From NCBI GenBank assembly GCA_043228905.1, contig JBHGNT010000006.1:21390001-21454000 (forward strand): 64,000 nucleotides of DNA, in the 5' to 3' direction. The translations under genes and the position numbers were made by a program. Of the stretch, positions 58,415 through 64,000 are shown one piece after another. This DNA is from Azolla caroliniana (Eukaryota > Plantae > Polypodiophyta). Each line of letters opens with the position of its first letter. Within the stretch, counting starts at the first letter, position 1. The notes below the pieces were generated by a model that saw only the letters and a program-made list of their open reading frames with translations, was not told where the DNA came from and did not search any database.

Positions 58415-59350
58415 TTTAGTGTTCTATAAATAGATTTAATAAGTATAATTGCTTTATTTACGCCTACCTTTATTAAAAGGTAAATCGTGCATTTTTAGAG
58501 TGCGTGAATAGAAAAACGCAAGCAACTAAAAAGTGACTCATGCACATCTAGCGTGCATGAGCACTATATTTAGCAAATAAAAGCAAGGATTAGAAAAGCA
58601 TCACATGCACATTTAGTGTGCATGAACATATTAGAAAAAAAAAGCATGTAGCTATGCTTAGTCTCTCCCATCACTACATAAGGATGGGGAGCACAATGTA
58701 ATAGGTGTGTGAAATATTTGGAAATTGGATATATTTCCGAAAACACCAACCGATTAATATAATCGTGGGATTCACGAAAATAATATAATCTATACTTGTG
58801 GGATTCACAAGTTTCTTATATCTTTCTTTCAATCTAAATACATATTCTTATCTAAATATTGATTAATCGAATACAATACACTCGTGGGATTCACGAAATT
58901 TCTATCTCTCTTTCTAATAATCTATTCATTACTAGCCTCATCTCATATTCTTCTTTCTCCTAGTCCAAAACCCCAGTGGTTCCCACCCGACTCACGCAAC
59001 GATCCGGAGCCGAAAGGCACGACACAGTTGGTGAACCCGACGTGAAGGCGGGTGGCAAGGAGATGGAGAATCAACAAGAGGCGATGAACATGATGATGAT
59101 GATGTTCGAACGGATGCTACAAGAACAACGAGCGATGTCAGAGATCACGGCGGTAGTAAAGCGGCTCGTACAACGAAACGGACAATTCAACGGAAACGAT
59201 CTGTCACGCTATCTACATGACTACAAAGGGGAGATGATGCGATGTGGGATACCGGAAGGATTGCAAGTGACATCCTTCAGTCGGGTAGCCACGGATGAGC
59301 TACAAGAGAGAATCCACAAGATACGGCAACAAAACTCGACATGGGGATCA

Positions 59351-59499
59351 TGCGGCGGTTATAACAAAGGCAACGACCCCTTCGTCTTTCTCTCTCTCTC
59401 TCTCTCTCTCTCTTTGTACACAGTTACGCGCTCTAATCTTGCACCAACAAGAAATGACAACATATCTCTAAGTTTGCCCTAAGTCATATTTATACTAAT
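59351..59499 (-). repeat. fragment of a copia family A-like LTR (TATA box and GA tract), interrupted by the gypsy at 59500
   Basis: Reverse complement of TAGTATAAATATGACTTAGGGCAAAC plus (GA)n as in other family A LTRs; left end is internal to the LTR. Confidence 0.7.
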
Positions 59500-62400
59500 T
59501 GTTGTCTGTCGGAATAGTAACCGACGAACAAAAGCGTAGGAATAAGAAATTATATAAGAGCATAACGCATGTAACGGTTCACGCAGGAAGCGTGAACGGC
59601 TAAATAGACCTTGCATATATAAAGGGAAGAAAACCTCTGATGGAGGTGCGTGTAATTTTGGGAATGTAAAGAAACGCCTGATAATAGAATTCTATCTTCT
59701 CTGATTTTCTGTGTATAGCTACGGCTAATTCAGTGTGTGTGTCTTGAATACCTAAGCGTTTGAGTACGTAAGTGTAACCCCTGATAGGGATTCGGTTGTA
59801 GCCGTCTCCCCTTATACGCTGATAGGTTACAGGGGTTCTTCCCTTACGCATTACGCTTAAACACCTGTTCGTTGTTCCACACCCACTTTGAGGTGTAGGT
59901 CGAAGGACTGACCGCAGACTGTCTTCCTAAACGGCAACACTTTTGGCACGCTTGGGAATCTGTGTTTTCTCATAGACGAGCAACAACGAATGGATGTTTA
60001 GCCGTAGACGACCCAGAGAACCAACACGACAAGACCGGCGAATAACAAGGTTCGTCACACGCCAGGCAGAAGAACGCGCACGGCAAAAGTCGCGCCTCAG
60101 CGACCCCAGTACTACCTGTCGTGAGTGCAAAGAGGGTTCTTCGCTCCCCAAATACCTCAACGAGACACGGGGACCACACTCACTACAGCCACCCTGTGGT
60201 CTTTCCCGACCCGCCGTAGCTCCCACTATGGCCTTTGCCTACCCCCGCTTTAACGGCGAAACCGATGCCGCAACTCATATTCGCATGTTCCTGAATGTCT
60301 GGAATGCGAACCACATGGCGCAGAATCTCTCCGAGACGGTGGCACACCAGTCGAAAATGACGGAGTTCGGATTAACTTGAGATGGGCGTGCGGCGTTTTG
60401 GCATTAACAGATGGATTTACCAGCCATAACAACCTTCGATCAGCTGCAGTTTGCTTTCTTGCAATTCTTCCATCGGAGGGTTCCACAACACGAGATTCTC
60501 GGGCAATTTTATACAATTAAGCAACTACCGACCGAGATGATAGCGGACTTCAGCTTACGTTTCCAAAATTTACGATGGAAACTGGAACGAAGCCCCGCGG
60601 AGGACGACGTCAAGCAATCCAGTGCACGATTTGCTTGAGCTTGGGGCATTCCGCAGTGGAGTGCAATATGCGAATCCACTGCCCAATCTGCCACTCGAAG
60701 GCTCACACAATCGACCAATGCGAGTACAATATGTTAAACAGAGCCACTCCCGTAGTCCGCAACATGGACACACAACGTCAACCGCACCGGGCTGAACAAA
60801 GGAGGCAAGAAGACCGACCCCGGTATAAGGATCGCAACCTGCAGGAGGACCGGTACAACCGGAATCGCCGGAACCACAACGACTCTGAGGAGGACAACCT
60901 AGAGGACGAGGATTATTGTGGACATCCGAGTTACGCCAAAGGGGGTGGGCACTACAAGAATCAACGGCCGACAAACAAACGGGGCGGCTTCAATGGCTAT
61001 CGGGGTAAGCCACGACAATGTAGGGATCACCGGCGTTACGACGAAAGCTTGGGGGATGAGCGGCACCACGAACAACGACGGGACCAACAGCAGCCACCGC
61101 GTACGTTCCGACAAACAAGGCCGGACCGCGAAGAGCAAGTAGCACCAAGAGAGCGGCACACAACACCTGGAGCCGAGAAGGGAGAATGAAGCATCCATTG
61201 TTTTATTTGTCAACAACCCAAACATTATGCCACGCAATGCCCAGCATGCAAGGGAAAGGGGCCCGCTGTCAATACGATTACGGCGGAGGTGCAACAACTC
61301 ACGACACTCCAGCAAACAAAAACAGCGGATTGGGTTGCGCAAGACGAGGTACACCGAGAATGAAAGACCGGCTCCGGACCCCATTTGGCAGGCGTTAACA
61401 GGCTGTGAAATAACATGCAAGGGAAAGGGGCCCGCTGTCAATACGATTACGGCGGAGGTGCAACAACTCACGACACTCCAGCAAACAAAAACAGCGGATT
61501 GGGTTGCGCAAGACGAGGTACACCGAGAATGAAAGACCGGCTCCGGACCCCATTTGGCAGGCGTTAACAGGCTGTGAAATAACGTTAACCATGGAAAAAC
61601 TGCTACAGCTAGTTCCACGTTTCCGCCAGACCATGATAGAACAGGTGACAGGCATACCCGGGGCAAGTGTCGCCACAAACTTGACAGACGTCAATGATGG
61701 ACCGCCGGTGGTGGATCAGCACAACCCGACTATTACAGTAATATTGCAGCGATAGGAAGTTCATGGATGCGTAATCGACGGCGGCTCAGGCGTCAATGTA
61801 ATTAGCGCGAAAACTTGCGAGCAGTTAGGCATTTCCGAATGGGAGGTGTGTCCATTCTGGCTCCGCATGGCAGATACCTACTCAGTGCGACCATTGGGGT
61901 TAATTCGCAAAATAGGCATCATCGTGGGTGGACACCGCTTCGACATCTCGGCGGTCGTCCTCGCAAAATAGGCGACCCCAAGAGTGTACCTTGTGCTTCT
62001 GGGCAGACCATGGCTTCGAATAGCAAATATCAAGAAGAGCTGGCAACACGAGTGTATCAGTTTCTGGCATGGACGCACCAAGGTTCACATACCGACGGAA
62101 GGCAGCACGCCTCAACCTAAGGGTATAACACCGTTATACGTGGAGGACATAAATATGTTGGCCGGGGTAGAGGATGCAGAATTGGAGGCATACCTCGACG
62201 AACACCCTCGGATTATTCCGCTGTTCGAAATAGATGTCATCGCAACCGCGACAGAATATGCCACGACCACTATTCCCAACGACGAGCCTTACGAACCAAA
62301 CCCAGAGTCCATATTGGAACTCAGCAGAGCATGGGCGGCGTTCGAAAGGGAAATGGAGATTTCACGACGAGTCACCGCTTCTGCCCTCGAAGAAGTAAAT

Positions 62401-64000
62401 GTGGGTAAGGAATCAGAGCCCCGGTTCCTCTCCATCGCAAAGGAATTAAGGCCGGACCAGAGAGTCACGATGATCGCACTACTCACGGAATATAAAGATG
62501 TGTTCTCTTGGGCTCACGAGGACATGAAGGGGTTAGATCCCAAGTTCTATCAGCATAAGATCAATTTAGCAACTGACGCGAAACCCGTCCAGCAACGCCG
62601 CTACCGCATGAACCCCAATTACGCGACCCGCGTGAAAGAAGAAATTGACAAGCTCCTGAAGGCGGGGTTCATACGACCAGTTAAACAAGCAACATGGCTA
62701 AGCCCGATAGTGGTTGTCCCAAAGAAAAACGGCAAAATACGGGTATGCATAGATTACCGAAAATAAAACGTCATAACCATTACGAACGCATTTCCCTTAC
62801 CCTTCACCGATAGTGTGCTGGACGCCGTCGTAGGCCATGAGATGTACAGTTTCTTAGATGGCTTTAGTGGCTAGAACCAGGTACGCATGCATCCCGAATA
62901 CCAGGAGAAGACGGCGTTTGTCACAGACTGGGGAGTATATGTGGCAGTCGTCATGATGTTCGGGCTAAAGACAGCGCCGGCAACATTTCAACGAACAATT
63001 ACGGAGATCTTTGGGGAATACATTCCGGTGTTCATGCATGTTTTTCTAGACGACTTTGTGGTATATGGGAAAACAATAGACCATTTTATGCACTTACGAT
63101 TGTGCCTTGAACGTTGCCGCACTGCACGCTTAAGCCTAAATCCCGCGAAATGTGCCTTCGGCGTGATCAGCGGAACTCTCTTGGGCCACATAGTCAGCAA
63201 GGAGGGAATAGCAGTCGACCCAAACAAGATCTCTGCGATTACGCAAGCCAAAACTCCGACAAACGCCAAATCTCTTAGCCGGTTTTTAGGACAAATACGG
63301 TGGCACAGTCGGATGATACGGTATTTGGCGGACTTCCCCACGCCGTTACACGTTGCCATACATTGGACTCCGTTCCAATGGACTGCAATGGAGGATAAGG
63401 CCTATGAGGCACTTAAGATAATGCTCACACAGGCTCCCGTCGTACAACCACCAGTTTGGGCGAAGCCATTCCACGTGTTCGTCGACGCCTCGGATATAGC
63501 AATAGGAAGCGCACTAATGCAGCTCACCGAACCAAATTGGTACAGGCCAGTATACTACGCGAGTCGTAAATTGTCAGTAGCAGAGCGTAACTATTCCACA
63601 ATAGAGCGGGAGGCGCTAGGGATGATCTATAGCATCAATAAATTCCGACACTATTTATTAGGAAGGAAATTCACGTTCCACGTGGATCATTCGGCACTAC
63701 TGTATTTGGTGGAGAAACAAGCTCTGACAAGGAAATTGGCGCGGTGGATGCTGCTGCTCCAGGAATTCGATTTCGTAATTTAGCACTGACTAGGGACGCA
63801 ACATGCAGTGGCGGATGTTTTGAGCAAACTCGAGAATGGAGAAACAGTACAGAAAGACGACGACGATTTTCCGAACGCCGACATCCTACGAGTAGCGACA
63901 CTTGCAGAAAAAACGGAATCGACCTTTCCGGACCGGTGGCTTATGGAAATGATGTACTTTTTAACTACAGGACTGCCTCCACCACAATTACGCACGGACG
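59500..64000 (+). mobile_element. degenerate Ty3/gypsy element running off the window (5' LTR 59500-59939; gag, PR, RT, RH)
   Basis: TGTTGTC...GGCAACA; PBS-like TGGCACGC at 59944; VIDGGSGVNVI, PVQQRRYRMNP, FLDDFVVY, FHVFVDASD, NYSTIEREAL; several stops. Confidence 0.9.
61245..61582 (+). repeat. 169-bp tandem duplication between gag and protease
   Basis: 61245-61413 repeated at 61414-61582 with no difference seen. Confidence 0.9.

Larger units (their letters stand above)
55555..59350 (+). mobile_element. non-autonomous gag-only LTR retrotransposon in tandem array (LTR-internal-LTR-internal; unit 2687 bp; second unit cut at 59350)
   Basis: 783-bp LTRs 55555-56337 and 58242-59024 (TGTCGT...ACGACA, two mismatches seen); PBS after both LTRs; PPT GAGGGGGCGAG 58231-58241; no PR/RT/RH/INT motifs. 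Confidence 0.9.

Noticed and set aside
59351-59939. A single gypsy LTR with an antisense copia promoter
   Set aside because: Terminal inverted repeats place the gypsy LTR at 59500-59939; 59351-59499 is a separate interrupted copia LTR fragment.

Overview
Gene-free, repeat-saturated land-plant DNA made almost entirely of nested LTR retrotransposons. A Tcn1-like chromovirus hints at a fern or other non-seed plant (inference). It holds at least three Ty1/copia families (called A, B, C here), several Ty3/gypsy elements, solo LTRs and a probable LINE scrap. Most insertions could be delimited from TG..CA termini, PBS, PPT and 5-bp target-site duplications (TSDs). Two diverged copies of one composite block (about 10.2-20.1 kb and 36.5-51.4 kb) show an old tandem duplication, so each copy supplies empty sites for insertions in the other. 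One copia (44042-49390) is very young but has a single in-frame TAG between gag and pol. The most unusual signal is in two different LTR families: each carries a 72-73 nt tRNA-derived module with RNA polymerase III A and B boxes, antisense, near the LTR 5' end (five copies). One family is a pol-less, gag-only, tRNA-Trp-primed element in a tandem LTR-internal-LTR-internal array (55555-59350). This looks like a tRNA analogue of the 5S-bearing Cassandra elements. No host protein-coding gene was recognised. All coordinates and comparisons were read by eye; family names are motif-based, not database hits.
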